64,000 bases of DNA from Rhodospirillales bacterium. Its GTDB lineage: Bacteria; Pseudomonadota; Alphaproteobacteria; Rhodospirillales; UBA2165. Where the stretch lies: the NCBI GenBank assembly GCA_030745835.1, contig JASLNU010000010.1, forward strand, positions 4,289-68,288, given 5' to 3'. The notes beneath the pieces are model-generated. The model saw only the letters and a program-made list of their open reading frames with translations, was not told the DNA's origin and did no database searches. Positions 9,290 through 19,715 of this stretch are shown here, piece by piece. Each line of letters starts with the position of its first letter. Position 1 is the first letter of the stretch. The translations under genes and the position numbers were made by a program.

Positions 9290-10645
9290 TTAGGGTTGCG
9301 GATGGACGTCCTTGGGTTTGCCGACGACGACCAGGGTGATGGCGTCCGGCTTCAAGAGTTTTTTGGCGACTCGGTTGACATCCCCGTGGCTGACGGCGGT
9401 GATCAGTCCGTTGCGTTTCTTGATGTAATCGATGCCCAGCCGTTCCAACTGAATGCCGGTCAATATCGACGCGATGCGCCGGGACGAGGTAAAGCGCAAG
9501 GGGTAGGAGCCGGTCAGATAGGTTTTGGCATCCCGCAATTCGGTGGCCGTCAATCCATGTTCGGCCATGCGCCGCCATTCCTGGCGCAGTACGTTGACGG
9601 TTTCGCCGGCCCGCTCGTTGGCGGTGCCGGCGCCGCCGAGAACCAGCCCGGCGCTGTTCATCGGCGAAAGGTAACTCCACGCCGAATAGGCGAGTCCGCG
9701 CTTTTCCCGGACTTCCTCGTACAACCTGGATTCGAAACCGCCGCCGCCGAGGACGTAATTCATGATATAGGCGGCGAAGAAATCGGGATGGCTGCGCTTG
9801 ATGCCGCCCTGGCCGAAGCGGATGATGCTTTGCGGCACCGGTTTGTCGATCACAATAGTGCGGTTTTCCGATACCGGCTGAATGTCGGGCAGGGTCCACG
9901 GTGCTGCGTTTTTCGGCAAACCGCCGAACACGCTGTCCAGCATGCGGGCCGTTTCATCCGCCGTGATGTCGCCGACCAGGCCGACCACCAGATTATCGCG
10001 GGCAATGCGCTGAAGGGCGAACAGGCGCAGATCGGCAAGCTTGATCAGCGGCACCGTTTCAAGGCTGCCGTCGCTTGGGCGGCCATAGGGATGGTTCGGG
10101 AAAAACCGCTTCATCAGGGCGCGGCCTGCGATATCCCGCGGATTTTCGGCCGATCGCCGGAGACCCGAAAGGATTTGCCGGCGGACCCGCTCGACCGCCT
10201 TGGAATCGAAGCGCGGCGCCGTCAGGGCTAGGCGGAAAAGGCGAAAGGCTTCGTCCCGGTTGGCGGTCAGGGTCCGCAAGGATCCGGTGAACTCGTCCCG
10301 GCCCGAGCCGAAGCGGAGCGAGATCGACAGATCCTCCAGCTTGCGCTGGAATGCCTGGCTATCCAAATCGCCGGCGCCTTCGTCCAGGGTCGAGGCCACC
10401 AGATTGGCGAGCCCTTCCTTGCCGGCCGGGTCGAGCGCGGAGCCGCCGCGAAAGGCGATCTTCATGGTGATGATCGGATTGGTGTGGTCCTCGACCAGCC
10501 ATGCGGCCAGCCCGGACGGGCTTTTCACTTGCTTGATTTCGATGGCGCCGGCCGGCGCCGCCGGCATCAGTCCGGCCAAGAGAAGCCCGGTAAAAACCAT
10601 CGCCAGGCGCAAGACCGGAAAATGAGAGCCAAAAATTCGCATCAT
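9290..10645 (-). CDS. M16 family peptidase, non-catalytic-type subunit (no HxxEH)
   Basis: 451 aa with a signal peptide and M16 fold blocks, but no zinc motif. Paired with the upstream catalytic M16 gene. Confidence 0.8.
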   Translation of the reverse strand: MMRIFGSHFPVLRLAMVFTGLLLAGLMPAAPAGAIEIKQVKSPSGLAAWLVEDHTNPIITMKIAFRGGSALDPAGKEGLANLVASTLDEGAGDLDSQAFQRKLEDLSISLRFGSGRDEFTGSLRTLTANRDEAFRLFRLALTAPRFDSKAVERVRRQILSGLRRSAENPRDIAGRALMKRFFPNHPYGRPSDGSLETVPLIKLADLRLFALQRIARDNLVVGLVGDITADETARMLDSVFGGLPKNAAPWTLPDIQPVSENRTIVIDKPVPQSIIRFGQGGIKRSHPDFFAAYIMNYVLGGGGFESRLYEEVREKRGLAYSAWSYLSPMNSAGLVLGGAGTANERAGETVNVLRQEWRRMAEHGLTATELRDAKTYLTGSYPLRFTSSRRIASILTGIQLERLGIDYIKKRNGLITAVSHGDVNRVAKKLLKPDAITLVVVGKPKDVHPQP

Positions 10646-10646
10646 C

Positions 10647-12014
10647 TCAATTCCCCCGCCGCTTTTTGCCCGACAGCAACAGGCCGGTGACCGAGGATTT
10701 TGTGACCAACACCGAGCGCGCCGCCCGGTTGATCTGTTCGCGGGTTACGGCACCGATGCGCTCGGGCCAGCTTTCGACATCTTCAATGGTTTGCCCGGAG
10801 GCCAGCGCGGCACCCAAGGCGCGTGCCCCGCCGCGCGCCGAATCACGGGCGTAAACGGCGCTCGCCCGCATGCTGCGCTTGGCCCTTGCGACATCTTCGG
10901 CGCTGACGCTGGTGCTGGTCAACTTGGCGATTTCTTCTTCCACCGCGGTCTCTAGCGCGTCCATGGAAGTGCCCGGGCGCGGGCTGGCAAATATGGTAAA
11001 GCCGGTCGGTCCCATGGCGTCGCCGTCGTAATAGGCGCCGGCTGAGATGGCGATTTGCCGGTCGATGACCAGCGCCCGGTAAAGCCGGCTGGTGGCGCCG
11101 CCGCCGAAGATCTGAGCCAGAACCTGAAGCGGATAGACTTGGCTGCGCTTCCCTGATCCCAGGCTCGGCGCCAGATAGCGCCGCCGCCAGCTTGGCTGGC
11201 GGACGCGGGCGTCACGCAATTCGACGCGCCGGGCGGCTTCGTGCGGCGGCTCGGACGGGCGCGCGCGCTCCGGCACCTTTCCCGACGGGATCAGGCTGTA
11301 ATATTTTATCGCCAGCGGGCGCAGCTCTTTTGCCGTGATGTCGCCGGCAACCACCAGGATGGCGTTATTGGGCAGGTACCATTTGTTGTAAAACGCCTTC
11401 AGGTCTTTTTGCGTGATCGCCTTGATCTCGTGTTCCCATCCGATGATCGGCTTTTGATATGGATGGTTAAGAAAAAAGGCGGCGTTGAATTGCTCCGCCA
11501 GGCGCGCCCCCGGCGAATTGCCGGTGCGCGAACGCCGTTCCTCGAGCACCACCTGGCGTTCGGTTTCGATTTCCTTTTTGTCGAGGATCAGGCCGCGCAT
11601 GCGGTCGGCTTCGAGGCGCATGACGATTTCCAGCCGGTCGACCGCCACGGTCTGGTGGTAGGCGGTGTAATCCTGTGACGTGAAGGCGTTGTCGCGGCCG
11701 CCGTTACGGGCGACGATCTTTGAAAATTCGCCTGATTTCAGCCGCCGGGTCGCCTTGAACATCAAATGCTCGAACATATGCGCGATGCCGGATTTACCCT
11801 TGGGTTTGTCGGCGGCGCCAACCTTGTACCAAACCATGTGGGTGACGACGGGGGCACGGTGATTGGGAATCACGACCACCTGCATGCCGTTACTCAAAGT
11901 AAATGTTTCCGGATTGAAGACACCGGCGGATGCGGCCTGCCACGGCATCGCAGCCATAAGCGTTACGGGGATTGCCGCCGCAATCACGGCCTTAAATCGG
12001 TTCAAACGGGCCAT
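10647..12014 (-). CDS. M16 family zinc peptidase (pitrilysin family)
   Basis: HxxEH motif in HMFEHLMFKAT. Start placed at ATG 12014 (MARLNRFKAVIAAAIPV..., signal-like); the ORF track begins at 12128. Confidence 0.85.
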   Translation of the reverse strand: MARLNRFKAVIAAAIPVTLMAAMPWQAASAGVFNPETFTLSNGMQVVVIPNHRAPVVTHMVWYKVGAADKPKGKSGIAHMFEHLMFKATRRLKSGEFSKIVARNGGRDNAFTSQDYTAYHQTVAVDRLEIVMRLEADRMRGLILDKKEIETERQVVLEERRSRTGNSPGARLAEQFNAAFFLNHPYQKPIIGWEHEIKAITQKDLKAFYNKWYLPNNAILVVAGDITAKELRPLAIKYYSLIPSGKVPERARPSEPPHEAARRVELRDARVRQPSWRRRYLAPSLGSGKRSQVYPLQVLAQIFGGGATSRLYRALVIDRQIAISAGAYYDGDAMGPTGFTIFASPRPGTSMDALETAVEEEIAKLTSTSVSAEDVARAKRSMRASAVYARDSARGGARALGAALASGQTIEDVESWPERIGAVTREQINRAARSVLVTKSSVTGLLLSGKKRRGN

Positions 12015-12174
12015 TGATGGAAAAATCCCAAATTCAATAATTCGCCGGCACAGCGCCGCATATTTAGGAACGCCGGACCTATTTCGAATATAGCCCATGG
12101 CGATGCGGTTCAAGCGAACTCGCGCCAAAGTGATGCGCCAGATTGGTGGGCGGTCCGGCTCCCGGCGGTCCGAT

Positions 12175-12813
12175 TTAGCGGAACACGCCCTCGAGCAGAG
12201 CCTTTTTCTTGCGCATAACGACCGGAATCTCGCCTTCGTTCAGCGGTCTTCCCTCGGCTTGGCTTTCGCGAATGCGCTGGCGTTCCGCCCGGGCATCGAC
12301 GGAAATCCCAAAAGGCGGCTTCTCCCGCCAAAACAGCATCGAATCGGTCAAGCTGTCGGCTCCTTTGGCCAGGATCGCGCTTTCGCGGTTGACCTGACTG
12401 CGGATGTCGTTGCTGGCGTCAAGGGCCCCGGTGATGCGCAGCACCGAAAGCTCGCCCGGGCTCAGCCCGCTTAAGTTCGGCTTTCCACCTTGGCTGGTCG
12501 GTTGCCGTGGCCGCGGGCGTTGGCCAAGCGCGGCGCGGGCGCGGTCCCTCGGATTGACCGATTGCGGACGGTTCACCCCCGGTGCCGGCGGACGCAGGTT
12601 ATAATCGGGCGGCAGGCTCAGCGGCGCGCGCTGGTAAACGGCGAATTCATCCGGCGCCTGCTTGGTCTGGCCCAAAGCCCGTTTGGTTTTTTCGCAGCCG
12701 GCGAGCAGCAACACCGCCGCCGCCAGTATGACGGCTCCACGAATCGGCGCAAATGTAATGCCCGATATTGGAAACATTTTAACCGATGTCTTCATTGGTC
12801 GGCCCGAATTCAC
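12175..12813 (-). CDS. Lipoprotein (DUF3035-like, tentative)
   Basis: Lipobox LLAGC after a hydrophobic N-terminus, with a Pro-rich middle. Sits directly downstream of lspA. Exact start is uncertain (12813 or 12795). Confidence 0.6.
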   Translation of the reverse strand: MNSGRPMKTSVKMFPISGITFAPIRGAVILAAAVLLLAGCEKTKRALGQTKQAPDEFAVYQRAPLSLPPDYNLRPPAPGVNRPQSVNPRDRARAALGQRPRPRQPTSQGGKPNLSGLSPGELSVLRITGALDASNDIRSQVNRESAILAKGADSLTDSMLFWREKPPFGISVDARAERQRIRESQAEGRPLNEGEIPVVMRKKKALLEGVFR

Positions 12814-13307
12814 GCATCATCCATATTATTACGCTGCCGGCCCCGTGCAAATAGGTAATCCAAAATTAATATGGCGGCGCCCACCGTGATGAAGCTGTCG
12901 GCGCCGTTGAAAGCCGGCCAATGATAGCCGCCGAGGTGAAAATCAAGAAAATCGGCAACCGCCCGATGCAGCGCCCGGTCGATAACATTTCCCAGCGCGC
13001 CGCCGATAATCAGGCCCAGCGCCGCCGCCATCATTCGGTTTTCGGCCTTATAGAGCCAGCGGAGCAGATAGATCACGATGGCGATGGCGAGCACCGACAG
13101 GATGACGGCGTTGAAATCGCCGTCATCGTTGAAAAGGCCGAAGCTGATTCCCCGGTTCCAGGTTAAGACGATATTGAAGAACGGCGTCACCGGAATGATT
13201 TGCGGCGGCTGCATGACGAAAGCCAGTATCCACCATTTGCTGGCTTGATCGGCGATGATGGCCAGACCGGCAATGCCCAGGCCGAAGCGGAAATGATTGA
13301 TTTGCAC
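12810..13307 (-). CDS. lspA: Signal peptidase II
   Basis: Blocks ADQASKWW, FNIVLTWNRGISFG and GGALGNVIDR. Start placed at GTG 13307 to avoid overlap with ileS; the ORF track begins at 13364. Confidence 0.85.
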   Translation of the reverse strand: MQINHFRFGLGIAGLAIIADQASKWWILAFVMQPPQIIPVTPFFNIVLTWNRGISFGLFNDDGDFNAVILSVLAIAIVIYLLRWLYKAENRMMAAALGLIIGGALGNVIDRALHRAVADFLDFHLGGYHWPAFNGADSFITVGAAILILDYLFARGRQRNNMDDA

Positions 13308-13312
13308 GGGCG

Positions 13313-16135
13313 CTATTCTGCCGCCGCCGGAAAATGGGCGACCGCGTCGGCGCAGCGGCCGCAAATGCCGTCATCGCCGCCGGCGGCACCGCTAACTTCC
13401 GGCAAGATGCGGTAACAACGGACGCATTTGTCGCCGTCGGCGCTGCCGCTAACCACCGCGACGCCGGGCACGTCGTCCAGGGTGAAGGCGCCGTCCGGCG
13501 CGTCACCGGTTGCCAGCGTCGCGTCCGAGGTTATGAAAATCTCGGCGCAATCGATGCCGTCGAAGATGGTTGCGATGCCGTCCTTGAGATAGACCGTGGG
13601 ATGCGCCTCGAGGCTGGATCCGATGCGCTTTTCGGCGCGCTCGATTTCCAGCGCCCCGGTCGCCACGCGCCTGACATTCCTGATTTTTTCCCATTTTTCG
13701 GCCAGCACCGGATCGTGCCAGCTGCCCGGAAGCTCGGGGAATTGCTGCAGATGCACGCTGCCCTCTTCATCGGCGTAGCGCGCCAGCCAGGCTTCCTCGG
13801 CGGTGAAGCAGAGGATCGGCGCCAGCCAGCGTACCAGGCAATCGTAAATATGATCGAGCGTGGTGCGCGCCGCCCGCCGTTTCGGCGCATCGGCGCGGTC
13901 GCAATAGAGCGAATCCTTGCGGATATCCAAATAGAAAGCAGACAACTCGTTGGCGCAGAAATTGTGCAGCTCGGTGAAAATCTGGTGGTAATCGAAGCGG
14001 GCGCCGGCATCGGTGATCATGGTTCCCAATTCGTGCAGGCGGTGCAGCACCCAGCGTTCCAGTTCCGGCATCTCGGCTTCGGGTAATTTCTCGGCCGCGT
14101 CGAAATTGGCCAAATTGCCCAACAGGAAGCGCAAGGTGTTGCGCAGGCGGCGGTAGCTGTCGGTCTGCTGCTTGATGATTTCGGGGCCGAAGCGCGGCTC
14201 TTCGGTATAATCGGTGCCGACCACCCAGAGGCGCAATATATCGGCCCCGTTCTGGGCGATCACATCCTGGGGCGACAGCGCGTTGCCGCCCGATTTCGAC
14301 ATCTTGTCGCCCTTTTCATCGAGCACGAAGCCGTGCGTCAGCACCGCCTCATAGGGCGCCCGCCCGCGCGTGCCGCAGGATTCCAGCAGCGACGAATGAA
14401 ACCAGCCGCGATGCTGGTCCGAACCTTCCAGGTACATCGACGCCGGCCATTCCAGATCGTCCCGTTGTTCGAGAACGAAGCTGTGGGTGGCGCCCGAATC
14501 GAACCAGACATCCAGGATATCGGTCACCTGTTCGTAATCGTCCGGATCGTAACCATCGCCGAGGAAACGGGCCGGCTTTGATGTGAACCAGACATCGGCG
14601 CCCTCGGCCTCGACCGCTTCGACGATGCGCGCCAGCACGTTTTCGTCGCGCAACGGCTCGCCCGATTTCTTGTCGACGAACACGGTAATCGGCACGCCCC
14701 AGGCGCGCTGCCGCGAGACGCACCAGTCGGGCCGGGTTTCGATCATGCCGCGCAAGCGCGTGCGCCCGGATTCTGGGTAAAATTCGGTCTCCTCGATGGC
14801 CGCCAGCGCCTTGGCGCGCAATTCGCCCGCGTCCATGGAAATGAACCATTGCGGCGTGTTGCGGAAGATCAGCGGCGCCTTGGAACGCCAGGAGTGGGGA
14901 TAGGAATGGCGCAGCTTGCCCTTGGCCAGCAGCTTCTCGGCGCCCGCCAGCGCCTCGATCACCACCGGGTCGGCCTTGAACACATGGGTGCCGGCCAGCA
15001 ACGGCACATGGTCCAGGAACAGCCCTTCGTCGCCGACCGTTTCGGGGACGGCGATGCCGTTGGCGACGCCCAGTTCCCAGTCGTCGGCGCCGTGCCCGGG
15101 GGCGACATGAACAAAGCCGGTGCCGGTTTCCATTTCGACGAAATCGCCGGCCAGCAGCGGCACCTCGAAATTGTAACCCTGGCCCCGGAACGGGTGGGAG
15201 CAGACGGTGCCGGCAAGGTCGGTGCCGGTGAATTCGGCGGTCACCAAGTACCCGCTTATGCCGGTTACGTTCAAGAACCGTTCGAGCAGCGCCGCCGCGA
15301 CCACCAGGCTCTCGCCAACCTTGGCCTGGCTTTCATCGGTCACCTCGCGAACTTCGACGGCAACGTAACTGTCGGAACCGCTGTAGGCGATGGCCCGGTT
15401 GCCGGGGATGGTCCAGGGCGTCGTCGTCCAGATGACCACCGATGCGCCGTCCAATTCGGGCCTGGAAGCATTGATCACCGGGAAGCGCACCCAGATGGTG
15501 TTGGAGGTATGCTCGTGGTATTCCACCTCGGCTTCGGCGAGGGCGGTTTTTTCGACCACCGACCACATCACCGGCTTCGACCCCTGGTAAAGCCCGCCAT
15601 TCATAATGAAGGTGCCGAGCTCGCGCACGATCTGTGCCTCGGCGGCGAAGGTCATGGTGGTATAGGGTTTGTCCCAGTCGCCGATGACGCCGAGGCGCTT
15701 GAATTCCTCGCGCTGGACATCGATCCAATGGCTGGCGAATTCGCGGCATTCGTTTCGGAACTCGACAATCGGAACTTGATCCTTGTCCTGTTTGTTGCCC
15801 CGGTATTTTTCCTCGATCTTCCATTCGATGGGCAGGCCGTGGCAATCCCAGCCGGGCACATAGTTGGCATCCTTGCCGGTCATCTGCTGGCTGCGTACTA
15901 CCACATCTTTGAGGATTTTGTTCAATGCATGGCCGATATGCAGGTGCCCGTTGGCATAGGGCGGCCCGTCATGCAGGATGAATTTTTCGCGGCCCTTGGA
16001 TTGTTCGCGCAAGCGTTTGTAAAGGTCCAGCCTGGCCCAGCGTTCAAGCAATTCCGGCTCGCGCTTGGCCAGTCCGGCTTTCATCGGAAAGTCGGTCCTC
16101 GGCAGGTAAACGGTCGATTTAAGATCCACACTCAT
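13313..16135 (-). CDS. ileS: Isoleucine--tRNA ligase
   Basis: HIGH-type motif PYANGHLHIGH, KMSKS present, and a C-terminal zinc-finger CxxC pair. Start at ATG 16135 (MSVDLKST). Confidence 0.95.
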   Translation of the reverse strand: MSVDLKSTVYLPRTDFPMKAGLAKREPELLERWARLDLYKRLREQSKGREKFILHDGPPYANGHLHIGHALNKILKDVVVRSQQMTGKDANYVPGWDCHGLPIEWKIEEKYRGNKQDKDQVPIVEFRNECREFASHWIDVQREEFKRLGVIGDWDKPYTTMTFAAEAQIVRELGTFIMNGGLYQGSKPVMWSVVEKTALAEAEVEYHEHTSNTIWVRFPVINASRPELDGASVVIWTTTPWTIPGNRAIAYSGSDSYVAVEVREVTDESQAKVGESLVVAAALLERFLNVTGISGYLVTAEFTGTDLAGTVCSHPFRGQGYNFEVPLLAGDFVEMETGTGFVHVAPGHGADDWELGVANGIAVPETVGDEGLFLDHVPLLAGTHVFKADPVVIEALAGAEKLLAKGKLRHSYPHSWRSKAPLIFRNTPQWFISMDAGELRAKALAAIEETEFYPESGRTRLRGMIETRPDWCVSRQRAWGVPITVFVDKKSGEPLRDENVLARIVEAVEAEGADVWFTSKPARFLGDGYDPDDYEQVTDILDVWFDSGATHSFVLEQRDDLEWPASMYLEGSDQHRGWFHSSLLESCGTRGRAPYEAVLTHGFVLDEKGDKMSKSGGNALSPQDVIAQNGADILRLWVVGTDYTEEPRFGPEIIKQQTDSYRRLRNTLRFLLGNLANFDAAEKLPEAEMPELERWVLHRLHELGTMITDAGARFDYHQIFTELHNFCANELSAFYLDIRKDSLYCDRADAPKRRAARTTLDHIYDCLVRWLAPILCFTAEEAWLARYADEEGSVHLQQFPELPGSWHDPVLAEKWEKIRNVRRVATGALEIERAEKRIGSSLEAHPTVYLKDGIATIFDGIDCAEIFITSDATLATGDAPDGAFTLDDVPGVAVVSGSADGDKCVRCYRILPEVSGAAGGDDGICGRCADAVAHFPAAAE

Positions 16136-17112
16136 GACGCGGTTTTCCAGTTTCCGGCGGCCAGCCGGTTCCTCGCTTCCTGGCAATCCTTTTTAATCTG
16201 CGCCTTGAGCGCGTCGATGCCGTCGAACTTCCGTTCGGCCCGCAAAAAATCGATCAGAGCCACGCGCAAATGCTTGCCGTAGATATCCTGATCGAAGTCG
16301 AACAAATGGGCCTCGAGGACGGGTCGCTCGCCGTCGAAAGTAGGTCTATAGCCCAAATTCGCGACGCCGTCATGCCAAACCGTGTCGGCGCCGCTATCGA
16401 TACCGGCGCGAATGGCGTAAACGCCGAGCGCCGGGCGCATGTTGGAATCAAGCTCGATATTGGCGGTCGGAAAGCCGATATGACGGCCGCGTTCGTCGCC
16501 ATGGGCGACGCGGCCCTCGATCTCATATGGGTGGCCCAAAAGCCGGCCGGCGTCGGCGGGTCTGGCATCGAACAGATATTGGCGGATACGGGTCGAGGAA
16601 ATAATCTCGCCGCTATCGTCGCGGACTTCCGATATGCTTTCGGTCCCGAACCCCATTTCGGCGCCGCGCGCCGCCAGATAGTCCGCCGTTCCCAGCCGCT
16701 TGTGCCCGAACACGAATTCATGACCGGACACAATATGCCGCGCCCCGAACCCCCCGATCAGCACAGTTTCAACGAATTCCCCGGCCGGCATGCGCGCCAG
16801 CTGCTGATCGAAATGCAGGACCACAATGAAATCCACGCCCAAGGCCTCGATCTGGCGCACCTTGATATGGAAGGGGGTCAGCCGGAACGGCGGCGCGCTT
16901 TTGTCGAACAGCATGCGCGGATGCGGCTCGAAGGTCAGCACGCCCCACGGAACATTGCCCGCGCGCGCGGCAATGCCGGCGGTGTTGATCACCTTCTGGT
17001 GGCCCAAATGCAGGCCGTCGAAGTTGCCGATGGCGATGGCGCCGCCCTTGTGCTGGGCCGCGATTTCGCCTGAATGCCGGTAGATTCGCATGGGCCGGGA
17101 AAGTGTCAGCAC
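16132..17112 (-). CDS. ribF: Bifunctional riboflavin kinase / FAD synthetase
   Basis: 326 aa with AIGNFDGLHLGHQ (FAD synthetase) and GFPTANI...EAHLFDF (riboflavin kinase). 4-nt overlap with ileS. Confidence 0.9.
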   Translation of the reverse strand: MLTLSRPMRIYRHSGEIAAQHKGGAIAIGNFDGLHLGHQKVINTAGIAARAGNVPWGVLTFEPHPRMLFDKSAPPFRLTPFHIKVRQIEALGVDFIVVLHFDQQLARMPAGEFVETVLIGGFGARHIVSGHEFVFGHKRLGTADYLAARGAEMGFGTESISEVRDDSGEIISSTRIRQYLFDARPADAGRLLGHPYEIEGRVAHGDERGRHIGFPTANIELDSNMRPALGVYAIRAGIDSGADTVWHDGVANLGYRPTFDGERPVLEAHLFDFDQDIYGKHLRVALIDFLRAERKFDGIDALKAQIKKDCQEARNRLAAGNWKTAS

Positions 17113-17124
17113 GCCCCGGTCGGG

Positions 17125-18564
17125 TCAAGCTGGAATATCGCCCGCCCCTGGATCGATGGGCGGTTCGATGGGCAGGCCGGCCGATACGGCAAATAGCGCC
17201 TCCATCGCCGAGGCCTGGGAAAGAAGCCGCGCCTCCTCGCCATTCGCCGCAACCAGTTGCAGGCCGACGGGCAGACCGCTGCCTGTAAAACCGCATGGCA
17301 GCGACAGCACCGGACAGGCGGTGAGGGTGATGCAATAGGTGATGGCGATCCATTCGATGTAGTTGTCGAACGTGACGTCGCCAATGCGGTCGACATAACG
17401 GATGGTCACGTCGAAAGGCGGCACCGGCGCCGCCGGACACAGGAGCAGGTCATAGTGCCCGAGAAACTCCGCGACGCGCGATATAAGGGCGCCGCGCGCG
17501 GTTTCGGCCTTGGCGATATCCTCGGCGCTGAGGGCCAGGCCCTTTTCGGCGTTCCAGATGATCTCCGGCTTGAATTTATCCGGGTGGCTGCGCATCAGAT
17601 CGACGTGGTTGCCGGCGAACCGGGCGGCGCGCAGGGTCTGGAAGGTCTCGCCGGCATCGCTGAAATCCGGCGAAATCTCTTCCACCTGAACCCCCTCGGC
17701 CTCCAGCCTCAGGGCGGCGCGCCGGCAGATATCAGCGATTTCCGGATCCACCGGCAGGCAGCCGAGATCGGGGGTGAAGGCAATTTTGTTGGGCAGCCGG
17801 GGGGTGTCGGCGGCCGCCAGGAATGGCGTTTGCGGCGCGTTTAGAGACAGGATGTCGCCCGCGTGGCGGCCGGCCATGGCGTCCAAAAACAGGCCGGTGT
17901 CGCGCACATCGCGGCCCATCGGACCACTGACGCCGAGGGTATCGTAGGGATTGGCGGCGGTGCGCGCGACGCGCCCCGGGCTCGGCCTTAATCCGACCAC
18001 CGAACAGAAGCTGGCCGGCGTGCGCAAGCTGCCGCCGAGGTCCGAGCCGGTCGCCAGCCAGACCTGTCCGGTGGCCAGCGCCACCGCCGATCCGCCCGAC
18101 GAGCCGCCGCAGGTGAGGGCCAAGTTCCAGGGGTTGAGCGTCGCGCCGAACACTTCGTTGAAGGTGTTGGCGCCGGCGCCGAATTCGGGGGTGTTGGATT
18201 TGGCGATGACCAGCGCGCCGCGCCGTTCCAGCATCTCGACGGTGATATCGGACTGTTCCGGAATATTATCGGCGAATATGGGCGAGCCGAAGGTGGTGCG
18301 CACCCCGGCGACGTTGCTTAGATCCTTGACCGCGATCGGCAGGCCGGCCAGCCAGCCGGGGGCATCGGTGTCGGCGTTCGGCCCGCCGAGGTTTTCGGCG
18401 GCTTGCCGCGCCCGCTCCGCGCACAATGTCGGCAGGGCGTTCAATTTGGCATCGACGGCTTCGATGCGGGCCAGCGCGGCATCGATTAGCTGGCCGGGGG
18501 TCACCTCGCCCTTTTTCAAAAGGGCGACGATCTGGCGCGCGGTTTTTGCGATCAATTCATCCAT
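17125..18564 (-). CDS. Amidase (amidase-signature family)
   Basis: 479 aa with the amidase signature GGSSGGSAVALATG. Confidence 0.85.
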   Translation of the reverse strand: MDELIAKTARQIVALLKKGEVTPGQLIDAALARIEAVDAKLNALPTLCAERARQAAENLGGPNADTDAPGWLAGLPIAVKDLSNVAGVRTTFGSPIFADNIPEQSDITVEMLERRGALVIAKSNTPEFGAGANTFNEVFGATLNPWNLALTCGGSSGGSAVALATGQVWLATGSDLGGSLRTPASFCSVVGLRPSPGRVARTAANPYDTLGVSGPMGRDVRDTGLFLDAMAGRHAGDILSLNAPQTPFLAAADTPRLPNKIAFTPDLGCLPVDPEIADICRRAALRLEAEGVQVEEISPDFSDAGETFQTLRAARFAGNHVDLMRSHPDKFKPEIIWNAEKGLALSAEDIAKAETARGALISRVAEFLGHYDLLLCPAAPVPPFDVTIRYVDRIGDVTFDNYIEWIAITYCITLTACPVLSLPCGFTGSGLPVGLQLVAANGEEARLLSQASAMEALFAVSAGLPIEPPIDPGAGDIPA

Positions 18565-18653
18565 GTCTTGAAGTTACCTTGCGCTTGCGACTATTGATTC
18601 GCCCCTTATTAATCATTTTGGGTAGACTCTACCATCTAAGATGAGACTCGCCA

Positions 18654-19715
18654 TTGCATGCAGAGGAACAGGTGCCGAAAAAATTAATCCTGATAGCCGG
18701 TCTTCCGGTTTTTGTTGCCCTTGCCGCCGCGCTGCCAATAAAGGCCGGTGCCGGACAGCCTGATATTCCATTCGCCGAAAATAAATCTATTTCACTGCCC
18801 ATCGACTGTACGCCGGGCACCGATTGCTGGCTGCCAAACTATGTGGATGCCGACCCCGGCGCGGGAGCCAGCGATTATACCGGCGGCGTACGCACCTATG
18901 ATGGACATAAAGGCGTCGATTTTGCCATCCGTGACCGGCGGGCCATGGCGCGCGGTGTAAGCGTGCTGGCCGCCGCCGCCGGCGTCGTCATGGCCATCCG
19001 CGACGACATGCCCGATATCAATTTTAAATTACTGAAACCGAAGGCGCTGAAGGGCAAGGAATGCGGCAACGCCGTTGTTGTCCGCCATGATGCGGACTGG
19101 CGCACCCAGTACTGCCACATGCGCGAAGGCAGCATCCGGGTCCGAAAGGGCCAGCGGATCAAGGCCGGCACGCGGCTCGGCCTGGTCGGGCTGTCGGGCA
19201 AGTCGGAATTTCCGCATCTGCATTTCATGATCTTTTACAAGGGTGTTCAGGTCGATCCGTTTACCGGCAGATCGATAAAAACCGGCGACAAGGTCGGTCC
19301 GCCCCTTTGGCAAGCCGCCGCCCGCGCGCGATTGCCCTATCGCGCCACCAATATCTACCACGCCGGGTTTTCCGCCGAGAAGCCGCGCTTTATAGCGGCG
19401 CGCCGGGGCGATTACCGTTCGGATAAATTGGCATCCCCGGTCAAGACCCTGTTCGTGTGGATGGATATCTTCGGCATCCATAACGCAGACAGGTTGACCC
19501 TGCGACTGTTTGGGCCCGATGGCACGCAACAGGCGGAGCGCCGGGTCAACATGAAGCTAAAAAAGCCTCGTGCGCGACAATTCCTTCAGTTCGGTTTCAA
19601 GCATCCGCGCGGGACCTGGCCGGCCGGCGCATATCGCGGCGAAATGATCCTGAGCCGCCAATTATCGGATGGATTGAAGACCTATCGCGCATCCCGGCGC
19701 GTCACCATCAACTAG
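18654..19715 (+). CDS. M23 family metallopeptidase
   Basis: HKGVDFAI and PHLHF zinc-ligand blocks with a signal-like N-terminus. Exact start is uncertain. Confidence 0.8.
   Translation: MHAEEQVPKKLILIAGLPVFVALAAALPIKAGAGQPDIPFAENKSISLPIDCTPGTDCWLPNYVDADPGAGASDYTGGVRTYDGHKGVDFAIRDRRAMARGVSVLAAAAGVVMAIRDDMPDINFKLLKPKALKGKECGNAVVVRHDADWRTQYCHMREGSIRVRKGQRIKAGTRLGLVGLSGKSEFPHLHFMIFYKGVQVDPFTGRSIKTGDKVGPPLWQAAARARLPYRATNIYHAGFSAEKPRFIAARRGDYRSDKLASPVKTLFVWMDIFGIHNADRLTLRLFGPDGTQQAERRVNMKLKKPRARQFLQFGFKHPRGTWPAGAYRGEMILSRQLSDGLKTYRASRRVTIN

Noticed and set aside
14849-16282. 477-aa plus-strand ORF
   Set aside because: It lies antisense to ileS and has no motifs. It is a shadow ORF in GC-rich DNA.
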